Shown piece after piece: positions 18,632 to 32,582 of a stretch of DNA of 48,557 bases (its first letter is position 1; each line of letters opens with the position of its first letter). The translations under genes and the position numbers were made by a program. The notes beneath the pieces are model-generated. The model did not search any database. It saw nothing but the letters and a program-made list of their open reading frames with translations, and had not been told where the DNA came from. Source of the stretch: Halieaceae bacterium (lineage in GTDB: Bacteria > Pseudomonadota > Gammaproteobacteria > Pseudomonadales > Halieaceae); contig JAZBOZ010000310.1 of NCBI GenBank assembly GCA_036351405.1, forward strand, positions 1-48,557, in the 5' to 3' direction.

Positions 18632-21600
18632 ATGCGTCTCAAGTCCATCAAACTTGCCGGCTTCAAGTCCTTTGTGGACCCGACCAGCGTTCACTTTCCC
18701 AGCAACATGTCGGCCGTTGTCGGACCGAATGGGTGCGGCAAATCGAACATTATCGACGCGGTCCGATGGGTGATGGGGGAAAGCTCTGCCAAGACCCTGC
18801 GCGGCGAGTCGATGACTGATGTCATTTTCAACGGAACCACTAACCGGCAGCCCGTTGGTCAAGCATCGATCGAGCTGGTATTCGACAACACGGATGGAAA
18901 AATCACGGGTGAGTACGCGGCTTACGCGGAGATTTCTGTGCGTCGACTGGTTTCCCGCGAGGGCCAGTCCGAGTACTACCTGAACGGCAGTAAGTGCCGT
19001 CGGCGGGATATCACCGATTTGTTCCTCGGGACCGGCCTCGGCCCGCGCAGTTATGCCATCATCGAACAGGGCATGATTTCGCGGCTGATCGAATCTCGAC
19101 CTGAGGATCTCCGGGTTTTTATTGAAGAAGCTGCCGGCATTTCGAAGTACAAAGAACGTCGCCGTGAGACCGAAAACCGGATGCGGCGCACCACCGAAAA
19201 CCTCGAGCGACTGACCGACCTGAGGGAAGAGCTGGAGCGGCAGCTGGCTCATTTGCAGCGACAGGCTCAGGCTGCCGAGCGGTACAGCGAATACAAAGCC
19301 GAAGAGCGCAGCTTGCGTGCTGAATTGTTGGCGCTGCAATGGCAGGGTTTCAAAGGCGATCTGGAGCGTCATCAAAACGAGATCGGCGAGCGTGAGGTCA
19401 AACACGCCGCATTGTCCGCTGAACATGAATCGGTGATGACGTCGATTGAGGAATGGAGGATCAAGCACACGGACCTCACCGACGAGTTCAACGCCGTTCA
19501 GGCGGATTACTACACCGTTGGTGGTGAAGTGACACGGGTTGAGCAGGCTTTGAAATTTGCCCAAGAGAGCCGCGCCCGAATTGAATCTGAGCTGGCGCAA
19601 ACGCAAACATCGCTGGCCGAGACGCGTCAGCATTTGGAGACCGACCGCGAACGTCTTGCCCTATGGCAGGAAGAGCTTGCGGAGCAGGAGCCGGCGCTTG
19701 AGAAAGCTCGCACTGAATCCGAGATGGCCGCTGCGCAGTTGGCCGAATCGGAGCAGGCGATGGCGCAGTGGCAGGCGCGTTGGGACGAATTCAATCAGCG
19801 TGCAGCGGGGCCGACGCGCGCGTCTGAGGTGCAGCAGAGTCGCATCCTCTATTTGGAGCAGGTACTGAGTCGACTGCAGCAGCGACTGACGCGGCTGGAG
19901 GAAGAGAAACAGTCCCTGGCGACAGGTCAGGAAGGTGGGGATCTTGATGCCCTGGCACTCGAGGTTCAGGAAGCGGCCGAGGCCGTTGCGGTGCAAGAGC
20001 AAGCTGTCGACGCGGCTAAAGCGCGCATTCACGACAGCCGCGGTCAGCTCGATACCCTCCGCCAACAACAGGATACCCAGCGTTCGCGCCTACAGCAGTT
20101 ACGGGGACAAGAATCCTCACTTGAGGCACTGCAGGACGCAGCGCGGAAAGGCGATTCCGCTAGCGATCGAGATCAATGGTTGAACAACGACCAGCTTCAA
20201 GCACGCGGCCCCTTGTTCGAAAATCTCAGCGTTGACGACGGCTGGGCACCAGCGGTTGAGCAGGTTCTTTCCGGAGCGCTGACGGCCAGCCGAATTGGCG
20301 GTTACCAGCAGGGTCTCAATGCGCTGTCTGGCGAAGCGCCCGATGGACTCTATCTGATCGATGCAAGCGCCAGTGAAATCGCGGCCGTTCCCGGCACGCT
20401 CGCAGCGGTAACCCAGGGGGCGGGTCCACTGCAGGCACAATTGACACAGGTATTTACTGCCGACTCTCTTGGCGCTGCACTGGAACAGCTCCCCAGTCTG
20501 GCATCGGGACAATCAATTATTACCCGGGAAGGCATTTGGCTCGGGCAAGGGTGGGCAAGGACCCGACAGGGTGGTGATAACGCGGCCGGGGTGATTGAGC
20601 GTGAAGCCGCGTTGATCCGCGTGCGGGAGGAGATAGAACAGGTCCTCGCCCAAAGTGAGAGCACCGACGAGGCCTTGGCTGCATTGCGCGAGGCATTGGT
20701 TGAGGCAGAAGAGTCGTTGAGCGTTGCTCAGGCAGCACAGCAACAGGCGAGCCGCGCCCACAGTGACTTATTGGCAGAGCAGAAAACCCGGATTGCGGCG
20801 TCCGAGCAGTTGCGACAGCGTCGCGAGCGGCTTGATGCCGACATCGCCGAGGCACGCGGTCAATTCGAGACTGAGCAGGAATCACTGGCCACGGCGAGAG
20901 CAGAGCTCGCGGAAGCGCTGGACCAGATGGCCATAGATGGTGAGGAGCGCGAACGCTTGAATGCTGAACGGGAGTCTCATCGTGAGGCTGTCGCGGCCAA
21001 CCGACAACGTGCCCGGGATCTCCGGGATACCAGTCATCAATACGATATGCGCGTGCAAAATCTGCGTACCCAGCTGCGAACGGTGGGTGACACGATCACC
21101 CGCTTGGAGCGTCAGCTGGCTTCACTGTTGGATCGCGAGCAGGAGCTGAGCGATCAGTTGCCGGGTGACGAGGATCCGGATGCTGTGATGCGAGAGGAAC
21201 TCTCTACGCTGCTTGCCTCGCGGGTAGAAGCGGAGCAGAAACTAACGGCTGCGCGCCAAACGGTGACCAACGCAGAACATGAACTGAGAGAAGCTGAAAA
21301 GCGACGTGTGGCGCTAGAACATCAGATACAGGCCGTTCACAGCGAAATGGAGTCGCGACGCCTCACCATTGCGGAATGTAATGTCCGTATCGAAAACGTC
21401 GAGCGGCAGCTCAAGGAGCTGGAGGCTGAACCTGCCGCCGTGGTGGCTTCATTGCCTGAAGAGGCCAATGAGGCGGAGTGGCAGGTCAAGGTCGAACGTG
21501 TTGCAGCGCGTATTCAACGGCTTGGCCCCATCAACCTAGCAGCCATCGAAGAATGTGCACGCGCCTCTGAACGGAAACAATATCTCGATGCGCAGAACGA

Positions 21601-22135
21601 GGATCTCGTCTCTGCACTCGAAACGCTGGAGAACGCGATTCGCAAGATCGACAAGGAAACCCGTAATCGCTTCCGCGAGACCTTTGATCAAATCAACAGT
21701 GGCTTCGCCGAGTTGTTCCCGAGGGTATTCGGCGGTGGCACCGCATGTCTGGAAATGACGGGTGATGATCTGCTGGACACCGGTGTGGCGATCATGGCGC
21801 GCCCGCCCGGCAAGAAGAACAGCACGATTCATCTCCTGTCAGGTGGTGAAAAGGCAATGACGGCGATTGCGCTGGTGTTCTCCATCTTTCAGCTCAACCC
21901 AGCGCCGTTCTGCATGCTGGATGAGGTGGACGCACCGTTGGATGACGCCAACGTCGGGCGTTACGCGAGAATGGTCAAAGAGATGTCAGAGAAAGTGCAG
22001 TTCATCTTCATTACGCACAACAAGATCACCATGGAGGCCGCCGATCAACTGATGGGCGTCACCATGCATGAGCCTGGTGTATCGCGCCTGGTTACTGTGG
22101 ACATCGACGCAGCGGCCCAGCTGGCTGCTAGCTGA
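18632..22135 (+). CDS. smc: Chromosome segregation protein SMC
   Basis: MRLKSIKLAGFKSF, GPNGCGKSN, long coiled coils around a hinge, LSGGEK, MLDEVDAPLDDAN. Confidence 0.97.
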   Translation: MRLKSIKLAGFKSFVDPTSVHFPSNMSAVVGPNGCGKSNIIDAVRWVMGESSAKTLRGESMTDVIFNGTTNRQPVGQASIELVFDNTDGKITGEYAAYAEISVRRLVSREGQSEYYLNGSKCRRRDITDLFLGTGLGPRSYAIIEQGMISRLIESRPEDLRVFIEEAAGISKYKERRRETENRMRRTTENLERLTDLREELERQLAHLQRQAQAAERYSEYKAEERSLRAELLALQWQGFKGDLERHQNEIGEREVKHAALSAEHESVMTSIEEWRIKHTDLTDEFNAVQADYYTVGGEVTRVEQALKFAQESRARIESELAQTQTSLAETRQHLETDRERLALWQEELAEQEPALEKARTESEMAAAQLAESEQAMAQWQARWDEFNQRAAGPTRASEVQQSRILYLEQVLSRLQQRLTRLEEEKQSLATGQEGGDLDALALEVQEAAEAVAVQEQAVDAAKARIHDSRGQLDTLRQQQDTQRSRLQQLRGQESSLEALQDAARKGDSASDRDQWLNNDQLQARGPLFENLSVDDGWAPAVEQVLSGALTASRIGGYQQGLNALSGEAPDGLYLIDASASEIAAVPGTLAAVTQGAGPLQAQLTQVFTADSLGAALEQLPSLASGQSIITREGIWLGQGWARTRQGGDNAAGVIEREAALIRVREEIEQVLAQSESTDEALAALREALVEAEESLSVAQAAQQQASRAHSDLLAEQKTRIAASEQLRQRRERLDADIAEARGQFETEQESLATARAELAEALDQMAIDGEERERLNAERESHREAVAANRQRARDLRDTSHQYDMRVQNLRTQLRTVGDTITRLERQLASLLDREQELSDQLPGDEDPDAVMREELSTLLASRVEAEQKLTAARQTVTNAEHELREAEKRRVALEHQIQAVHSEMESRRLTIAECNVRIENVERQLKELEAEPAAVVASLPEEANEAEWQVKVERVAARIQRLGPINLAAIEECARASERKQYLDAQNEDLVSALETLENAIRKIDKETRNRFRETFDQINSGFAELFPRVFGGGTACLEMTGDDLLDTGVAIMARPPGKKNSTIHLLSGGEKAMTAIALVFSIFQLNPAPFCMLDEVDAPLDDANVGRYARMVKEMSEKVQFIFITHNKITMEAADQLMGVTMHEPGVSRLVTVDIDAAAQLAAS

Positions 22136-22158
22136 GCAGAATAAGGTCTCGGGAGTTG

Positions 22159-25836
<3,678 letters not shown>

Positions 25837-25853
25837 AGTGGCGCGGCGCGGCG

Positions 25854-25882
25854 ATGTCACCTGTCTGTCACAATTCCATCAT
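25854..25882 (+). promoter_or_regulatory. Pho box (PhoB binding site)
   Basis: Direct repeats with 11-bp period, ATGTCAC-ctgt-CTGTCAC-aatt-CCATCAT, matching the CTGTCAY consensus, directly upstream of phoB. Confidence 0.8.
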
Positions 25883-25920
25883 CTAATGGGCACGCCAAAC
25901 GCTTAACGAATGGGTTAGCC

Positions 25921-26631
25921 ATGCCAGACAACAAGGTTCTGATTGTCGACGATGAATTTGCCATCCGGGATATGCTACGGATGGCGCTTGAGATAGCCGA
26001 CTTCAAATGTATCGAAGCCGAAAACATTCAGGACGCCCACAGCTTGGTTGTGGATGAGCGTCCCGACATTGTGTTGTTGGATTGGATGCTTCCCGGCGGT
26101 AGCGGCTTGGAATTGTTGCGGCGTTTAAAGCGCAACGATACCACCGCGGAAATCCCTGTCATCATGTTGACGGCGAAGACAGCTGAAGACAATGTCATTC
26201 AGGGTCTTGATGTCGGTGCCGATGATTACATGACCAAGCCCTTCGCTCCGCGTGAACTGATCGCGAGAATCAAAGCCTTGCTCCGGCGTGCTTCAGGTGG
26301 AGAGAAGCGAGACCGCATACAGGTGAATGATCTGGTGCTAGATGCTGACAGTAGGCGCGTCTATCTGGGGGATCATCCGGTGGATATGGGGCCGACCGAG
26401 TTCAATCTACTGCGGTTTTTCATGTCCCATCCGGAGCGCGCCTACAGCCGCAACCAATTGCTCGATCACGTCTGGGGCGCAAATGTCTACGTTGAGGAGC
26501 GAACGGTCGACGTACACATCCGCCGGCTGCGCAAGGCGCTTCAATCGGGCGGCTTTGACTACAGCAATCTGATCCAGACCGTCAGAGGAACCGGCTATCG
26601 GTTCTCTGCCCGCGGCCTTGAGGGCGCGTGA
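25921..26631 (+). CDS. phoB: Phosphate regulon response regulator PhoB
   Basis: LLDWMLPGGSG, GADDYMTKPF, GPTEF.LL.FFMSHPERAYSR, VYVEERTVDVHIRRLRKAL, TVRGTGYRF. Confidence 0.96.
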   Translation: MPDNKVLIVDDEFAIRDMLRMALEIADFKCIEAENIQDAHSLVVDERPDIVLLDWMLPGGSGLELLRRLKRNDTTAEIPVIMLTAKTAEDNVIQGLDVGADDYMTKPFAPRELIARIKALLRRASGGEKRDRIQVNDLVLDADSRRVYLGDHPVDMGPTEFNLLRFFMSHPERAYSRNQLLDHVWGANVYVEERTVDVHIRRLRKALQSGGFDYSNLIQTVRGTGYRFSARGLEGA

Positions 26632-27923
26632 AACGGCAGCGTGAATTCTTCCGTGAGTTGGCGCGTGTTGCACTGATCGCAGCGGTCAGCGGCGCGGCCG
26701 GCTATTGGATGGATGCGCCCGGCTACGGGCTCGCCGCCGGTTTATTGCTTGTCATTGCCGTATGGACCGCCCAGCTGTACCGCGTCCAGCGCTGGCTTGA
26801 AGATCCGATGCGTGAGCCACCTGAGGGCTACGGTATCTGGGGGCTGTTGTTCGACAACGTTTACCTTCTGCAACGGCGCAGTCGCGAGGCTCAGGGACGT
26901 CTCGAGTCTGCGCTTGTTTATTTGCAGGATTCACTGGCATCCATGCGCGATGCGTGGATGGTGATCGATCCCCGCGGTGCCATCGCCTGGAGCAACGAAT
27001 CAGCCAGGCATCTACTCGGCGTCAGATTTCCTGAGGATCGGGGCCGGCCATTGCTCAACTTGCTGAGGCTACCCGCGTTCTCCAACTATTTTATGGAAGA
27101 AGATTTCAGCGAGCCGCTGCGCTTGCCGCCAGCACAGGATGGAGAGCGCTGCCTGCAATTCGAGGTTTCGACTTTCGGAGAGGGGGACCGGCTCGTCTTT
27201 GTGCGAGACATCACCGAGCAGTTCAAGCTCGAGTCCATGCGCCGGGATTTCGTCGGAAATGTATCGCACGAGCTGCGAACACCATTGACCGTCATCAAAG
27301 GCTATATCGAGACGTTGATCGACATGCCGAGTTATGACGGCGAGACGGTACGCCGGCCCATGCGTCAGATGGCCGAACAGGTTTCCCGGATGGAAGCCTT
27401 GCTGAAGGATCTGCTTTGGCTATCGCGAATCGAAAGTGTGGAGAGTCACCGTAAGACCGAGCGGGTAGATTTCCCCGTGTTCCTTAACAATCTGATTTCA
27501 GCGTTACGCACTGCTTATCCAAATCGAACGATCGAACTCATTATTGACAGCGATGGTGGCGTTTATGGTGATGCACAAGAGCTGCACAGCGCTGTCAGCA
27601 ATCTGGTGGTTAATGCACTGAAATACAGTGCCGACGATCAGCCGGTCACCGTTGAATGGCGTGCCAGCGAAGATCACGAAGCGCTGCGCGTATGTGATCG
27701 AGGCGTAGGCATCGAAGCGTCGCATATTCCCAGATTGACCGAGCGTTTTTATCGGGTCGACCGTAGCCGGAGCCAGAGAACAGGGGGTACCGGCCTCGGC
27801 CTAGCGATCGTTAAGCATGTCGCGGTGTCCCATCAGGCTGAGCTTCACATCAGCAGCGTGCCGGGGGAGGGCAGCTGCTTTACGCTTGAGTTCCCCAAGC
27901 TTTCCGCTAAGCAAAATGATTGA
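26628..27923 (+). CDS. phoR: Phosphate regulon sensor kinase PhoR
   Basis: TM N-terminus, PAS region, H-box DFVGNVSHELRTPLTV, NLVVNALKYS, ERFYRVD, GGTGLGLAIVKH. GTG start. Confidence 0.95.
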   Translation: MKRQREFFRELARVALIAAVSGAAGYWMDAPGYGLAAGLLLVIAVWTAQLYRVQRWLEDPMREPPEGYGIWGLLFDNVYLLQRRSREAQGRLESALVYLQDSLASMRDAWMVIDPRGAIAWSNESARHLLGVRFPEDRGRPLLNLLRLPAFSNYFMEEDFSEPLRLPPAQDGERCLQFEVSTFGEGDRLVFVRDITEQFKLESMRRDFVGNVSHELRTPLTVIKGYIETLIDMPSYDGETVRRPMRQMAEQVSRMEALLKDLLWLSRIESVESHRKTERVDFPVFLNNLISALRTAYPNRTIELIIDSDGGVYGDAQELHSAVSNLVVNALKYSADDQPVTVEWRASEDHEALRVCDRGVGIEASHIPRLTERFYRVDRSRSQRTGGTGLGLAIVKHVAVSHQAELHISSVPGEGSCFTLEFPKLSAKQND

Positions 27924-28848
27924 GCAACCGCAGATATTTTTGCGCCGCTGTCTGCTGTTGCTACTGGCGATTTGGTCAGGCTCGGTGGCCGCCTCACTGG
28001 ATGGCAAGCTGGTGATTGTCGGGTCAGACACCCTCGCCGAACTCATGACGCGTTGGGCTGCTGGCTTCAGCGCGCAGCACCCGAAGGTTTCGGTTGAATT
28101 GCAAGCCGGCGGCTCCGCCGCGGCGCCACCCGCACTGATTCGCGGCACAGCCAACGTGGGTTCGATGAGTCGACGAATGAGTGAGCAGGAGAAAGCCCGG
28201 TTCGTCGCAGAACGTGGCTTTTTGCCGCTGGAGATTCCGCTGGCCCTCGATACCATCGCGATCATCGTACATCGGGAAAACCCGGTGCCGTTCATCACCC
28301 TGCCAATGATCCAGCGCATATTCGGTGACGGTGCCTGCGGTGTGCACGACCGTATCGAGTTTTGGGGGCAGGCAGGTATACAAACATCACCTTGGCCCAG
28401 CTTGCGTGTCGAAGCCTTCGGGCGGACAGCAGCGAGTGGCACCTATGAATTCTTCCGTAGCCGGGCGCTGTGTGGCGGAGATCCGCTGCCCTCAGTCGGT
28501 GAGCTACCGGGCACTGCTGCGGTGATTGATGCCGTGGCGTCTATCCCCGGATCAATAGGTTATGCGGGCGTCGGTTTCGTCGATTTAGACCGCGTACGGG
28601 TACCCCCTCTCAAAGTGGCTCCGGACGATCTCATTGCTTACGAGAATATGTCGATTGCTGCTAACTACCCGCTGCAACGTACGCTGTACCTCTATTTGCC
28701 TCTGGCGGCCGATCGGGAACTGCCCGCGTTGGAGTGCGAGTTCCTGCGCTATATCCGATCCGATGAGGGATCCCGGTCGTTGCAAAATGCCGGCTTTGCT
28801 CCCGTCAGTGATGACGATCGGGGCGCGCCGCGGGTTTGTCAGCCATGA
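27916..28848 (+). CDS. pstS: Phosphate ABC transporter substrate-binding protein PstS (divergent)
   Basis: GSDTL, QAGGS..APPAL, MSRRM, GR...SGTY.FF, YPL.R.LY. Start is ATG 27916; the ORF-track extension overlaps phoR. Confidence 0.85.
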   Translation: MIEQPQIFLRRCLLLLLAIWSGSVAASLDGKLVIVGSDTLAELMTRWAAGFSAQHPKVSVELQAGGSAAAPPALIRGTANVGSMSRRMSEQEKARFVAERGFLPLEIPLALDTIAIIVHRENPVPFITLPMIQRIFGDGACGVHDRIEFWGQAGIQTSPWPSLRVEAFGRTAASGTYEFFRSRALCGGDPLPSVGELPGTAAVIDAVASIPGSIGYAGVGFVDLDRVRVPPLKVAPDDLIAYENMSIAANYPLQRTLYLYLPLAADRELPALECEFLRYIRSDEGSRSLQNAGFAPVSDDDRGAPRVCQP

Positions 28849-30746
28849 GCGCGCGAAGTCGTAAGCGATTCGATCTCGGGTTCGGGCTACTGATTTACAT
28901 TGCGAGCGCACTGGTGTTGTTGTCAGTGCTGGGTGTGTTTACGCAAATGGTGATGGTGGCAAAGCCTTTGTTTGTCGATCGGGGGTTGCAGCCCGCCCTG
29001 GATGCTGCAGTGCCGACGCCACGCGTCGACCAACCCAGTACGCCGCGATGGGTGCCCGAACATATCAACTCAGCTGCTTTTGCTACGCGTCCGAGGAGCC
29101 GCATCTGGGTGGGTTTTAATCAAAACGGGATGCTGGTCGGTGCGCGAGGTCTTATGCAATCAGCGCGCAATGACCGATGGGTTTACGAGCCGCTGTCGCT
29201 ACCATCGGTGACCGGTGAATCCGACGGGCTCAGATTATTCATTGATCCCAGCTGGCATTGGTTGGCGCTGCTGGGTCCGTCTGGCGACTACCAACTGATT
29301 GCGTTAAGTGATCAGACAATGCTCCGTGAATCTATCGGCGGAAAACTCGATGCCCATACGGCTGTTGCTACGATGCCCGGCGGCAGAAGTTTCCTGACTT
29401 GGGATGATCACACGATTAAACAATGGCACTGGCTGCCCGCGTCGGGGGGTAAGACGCCGACCATTTCGTACCTGCGAGAAGTCGGGCTTGCGGAGTCGAT
29501 CTTGCAGGTGACCCCCGCACCGACAGGCCAGCGCGTCGCGATTCTGACCGAGCAACCTGAACTGTTGCTATGGCACACAACCTCCGAGCGTATTGTCGAC
29601 AGGCAGCGATTGGGCAAAGCCCCTGTCGAGATTCAATGGCTGGACGATCAACGCCTGAGTGCTGAATTTTCGGGCCGTCGAATGATCTGGCAACTCAGTG
29701 AGTCCGATGGCGCCGTCTCCCTGTCAACGCTGCTCACCCCTGTACATTACGAAGGTTATAACGAGTCCAATTACCGTTGGCTGCCTGTGGCTGCGGCTGA
29801 CGCAGAACCCAAGTTCAGTTTGGTGCCATTGCTGTGGGGCACCTTCAAGGCAGCCGCGGTTGCGCTGCTATTCGCAATACCGGTTGGCGTAGGTGCGGCA
29901 ATTTTTGTCGGCTTTTTCATGTCCCCTAGGTTGCGTGATAAGACGAAGCCCATCATCGAACTCCTGGCCGCATTTCCGTCCGTTGTATTGGGTGCCCTCA
30001 CGGCTTTGCTGGTAGCCCCTCACTTCATTCGTTGGCTGCCGGGGATACTGGGTGCTGTAGCAGCGGTGCCTATCGGTGTGTTAACGCTCTCGGTGATTTG
30101 GCGTACCACTGTGACAACGAGCGCCAGGCGCCAGGTGATCGGTTGGCTGCCCCTTTTACTCGTGCCGGTCGTGTTGATACTGGCATGGATGGGATTCGCG
30201 ATGGGCGTAGCGATTGATGCAAGCCTGCCTGGCGGGTCCTTGGTGAACTGGCTGGAGACCAGCCTCGGTGTCGGGGTAGTACACCGCAACGCATTACTCA
30301 TCGGCATCGCCATGGGCATTGCGACCGTGCCTCTGATCTTTTCGATCGCGGAAGACGCTATTCATTCTGTACCCCCGGTCCTGGCAGCGGGATCTCTCGC
30401 GCTTGGCGCAACCCACTGGCAAAGTTACCGGGATGTGGTCTTGCCCGTCGCCGCCCCAGGTATTATCGCGGCCTGCATGATCGGCCTCGGTCGCGCCGTG
30501 GGAGAAACCATGATTGTGTTACTGGTGGCTTCCAATACGCCGATCATGGAAATCAATTTACTTGAGGGGCTGCGCAGTGTCAGCGCAACGCTGGCCTTGG
30601 AACTTTCAGAAGCGCCCTTCGAATCTGTCCATTATCGGGTGCTTTTCGCAGCGGGGCTGGCGCTTTTCCTGCTGACATTCGTGCTTAACTCCCTGGCCGA
30701 AGTGGTGCGTCTCCGAAACCGGCAGCATAGTGAGCAGCGGCGATGA
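28845..30746 (+). CDS. pstC: Phosphate ABC permease PstC, long form with N-terminal periplasmic beta-rich domain
   Basis: EPKFSLVPLLWGTFKAA, KPIIELLAAFPSVVLG, RNALLIG, EAA-like SIAEDAI..VP..L..GSLALGAT, GRAVGETMIV. ATGA overlap with pstS. Confidence 0.88.
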   Translation: MSARSRKRFDLGFGLLIYIASALVLLSVLGVFTQMVMVAKPLFVDRGLQPALDAAVPTPRVDQPSTPRWVPEHINSAAFATRPRSRIWVGFNQNGMLVGARGLMQSARNDRWVYEPLSLPSVTGESDGLRLFIDPSWHWLALLGPSGDYQLIALSDQTMLRESIGGKLDAHTAVATMPGGRSFLTWDDHTIKQWHWLPASGGKTPTISYLREVGLAESILQVTPAPTGQRVAILTEQPELLLWHTTSERIVDRQRLGKAPVEIQWLDDQRLSAEFSGRRMIWQLSESDGAVSLSTLLTPVHYEGYNESNYRWLPVAAADAEPKFSLVPLLWGTFKAAAVALLFAIPVGVGAAIFVGFFMSPRLRDKTKPIIELLAAFPSVVLGALTALLVAPHFIRWLPGILGAVAAVPIGVLTLSVIWRTTVTTSARRQVIGWLPLLLVPVVLILAWMGFAMGVAIDASLPGGSLVNWLETSLGVGVVHRNALLIGIAMGIATVPLIFSIAEDAIHSVPPVLAAGSLALGATHWQSYRDVVLPVAAPGIIAACMIGLGRAVGETMIVLLVASNTPIMEINLLEGLRSVSATLALELSEAPFESVHYRVLFAAGLALFLLTFVLNSLAEVVRLRNRQHSEQRR

Positions 30747-31747
30747 GGCGTCGTGCTATCACGCTACAGCGCCTGCGCAGTGCAGCCATGATCTGGCTCA
30801 CAGCGACCAGTGTCTCATTACTGGCCCTGATCACCGCTGGACTACTGGCCGTGCTCGTTGTCGGCGCACTGCTATGGCTCACGGAACCCAGTGCAGGGGC
30901 ACATGGCGGCTGGGCATCGCTCCTCGAGAATCTGAGTAACTTCTTTTTTGCCAAGCCCAATGAAGGTCTTGGCTATACGGGGGTGCTGCCCGCGATCGTC
31001 GGCACGTCGGTATTGGTCGTTTTAATGACCGCGGTAGTGGGCCCTTTCGGCGCAGCGGCGGCGATCTATCTGAGTGAGTATGCCGGCGCGAGTCGCTATA
31101 CCCAGCTGGTGCGGATTGCCGTACAAAACCTTGCCGGTGTGCCGGCGATTATCTATGGGGTTTTTGGCTTGGGTTTTTTTGTTTACGGGGTGGGCGGTAC
31201 GCTTGATGGCCTGTGGTTCAGCGAGACGCTGCCTCAGCCCACGCTGGGGACGCCAGGGCTAATGTGGGCGGCGCTGACTTTGGCGCTGCTTAACCTTCCC
31301 GTTGTTATCGTCGCCTCCTTGGAGGGCCTAGGGCGCCTACCGTCAACGCTACGGGAAGGCAGCTACGCGCTTGGTGCCACGCGAGCCGAAACCATACTCA
31401 GAGTCGTCTTGCCTGCGGCCGCACCCAGTATGCTCACAGGCATCATCCTCGCCATTGCGAGAGCCGCAGGGGAGGTGGCGCCACTGATGCTGGTCGGCGC
31501 GGTCAAATACGCGCCTTCGTTGCCGGTATCCGCGGCAGCGCCATTTGTGCATCTTGAGCAGAAGTTCATGCATCTGGGCTTTCACGTCTACGATGCCACG
31601 CTACACGCCTCTTTACCGGAAGGGCGAGTCGGGTTGGTGAGCGCTACTGCATTGCTCTTGGTGACCGTCATCGTCACGTTAAATCTGATCGCGGTCAGCC
31701 TGCGGCAAAAATTGCACTATCGTTATCGCGAAGAGAGGGGATTTTGA
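30743..31747 (+). CDS. pstA: Phosphate ABC permease PstA (short)
   Basis: [64 protein letters not shown]. Confidence 0.9.
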   Translation: MRRRAITLQRLRSAAMIWLTATSVSLLALITAGLLAVLVVGALLWLTEPSAGAHGGWASLLENLSNFFFAKPNEGLGYTGVLPAIVGTSVLVVLMTAVVGPFGAAAAIYLSEYAGASRYTQLVRIAVQNLAGVPAIIYGVFGLGFFVYGVGGTLDGLWFSETLPQPTLGTPGLMWAALTLALLNLPVVIVASLEGLGRLPSTLREGSYALGATRAETILRVVLPAAAPSMLTGIILAIARAAGEVAPLMLVGAVKYAPSLPVSAAAPFVHLEQKFMHLGFHVYDATLHASLPEGRVGLVSATALLLVTVIVTLNLIAVSLRQKLHYRYREERGF

Positions 31748-32562
31748 TGCAAGACAGCGATGCATTGATTTTGGCCTCGCGTTCTGGTCGTCGTCAGCTG
31801 CGCTCGCCGCCGGCGCTGCGGGTTGAAGAGCTGTCACTCGGATATCCCGGCCAGCCCGTAGCGCTGGACAATATTTCGATGAATATACCCTCTGGAGAGG
31901 TCACCGCGGTTATTGGCCCCAGCGGATGTGGCAAATCGACCTTGTTGCGCTGCTTCAACCGCATGAATGATCTCATCGAAGGCTGTGAATACCGGGGGCA
32001 GATATGGATGGAAGGAAACGATATTCTTTCCCGGGAAACGGATGTCACCGTGTTGCGTCGAAGCGTCGGCATGGTATTTCAACGCCCCAACCCGTTCCCG
32101 AAATCGATCTATGAAAACGTGGCGTATGGTCCCAGAATCGTAGGGATACGACGCAAGCGCGATCTGGATGAAATCGTGGAGCAAGCGCTGCGAGCGTCGG
32201 CACTGTGGGATGAGGTCAAAGATCGCCTCGAAAAAAGTGCATTCGCGTTGTCGCTGGGCCAGCAGCAGAGGCTGGTCATTGCCAGGGCAATCGCGGTAGA
32301 GCCCGAGGTACTGCTCCTCGACGAACCCGCATCCTCGCTGGATCCGATTTCAACGTTGCGAATCGAGGAACTGATCTACGAATTGAAACATTCTTATACG
32401 ATCATCATCGTGACCCACAATATGCAACAGGCGGCGCGGGTCTCGGATCACACGGCATTCATTGATGACGGCCGCCTGGTGGAGTTCGATACAACGGATC
32501 GAATTTTCACCAACCCCGGAAAACGCGAGACAGAGGATTACATCACCGGTCGCTACGGTTGA
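31747..32562 (+). CDS. pstB: Phosphate ABC ATPase PstB
   Basis: [73 protein letters not shown]. Confidence 0.95.
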   Translation: MQDSDALILASRSGRRQLRSPPALRVEELSLGYPGQPVALDNISMNIPSGEVTAVIGPSGCGKSTLLRCFNRMNDLIEGCEYRGQIWMEGNDILSRETDVTVLRRSVGMVFQRPNPFPKSIYENVAYGPRIVGIRRKRDLDEIVEQALRASALWDEVKDRLEKSAFALSLGQQQRLVIARAIAVEPEVLLLDEPASSLDPISTLRIEELIYELKHSYTIIIVTHNMQQAARVSDHTAFIDDGRLVEFDTTDRIFTNPGKRETEDYITGRYG

Positions 32563-32582
32563 ATGTGATCAGGAGTACTGCA

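Noticed and set aside
18569-19633. 354-aa minus-strand ORF antisense to smc (also 39276-40037, 11185-11832, 7351-7959 and many shorter ones)
   Set aside because: These are shadow ORFs opposite well-conserved genes, expected from codon bias in GC-rich DNA, with no recognisable motifs.
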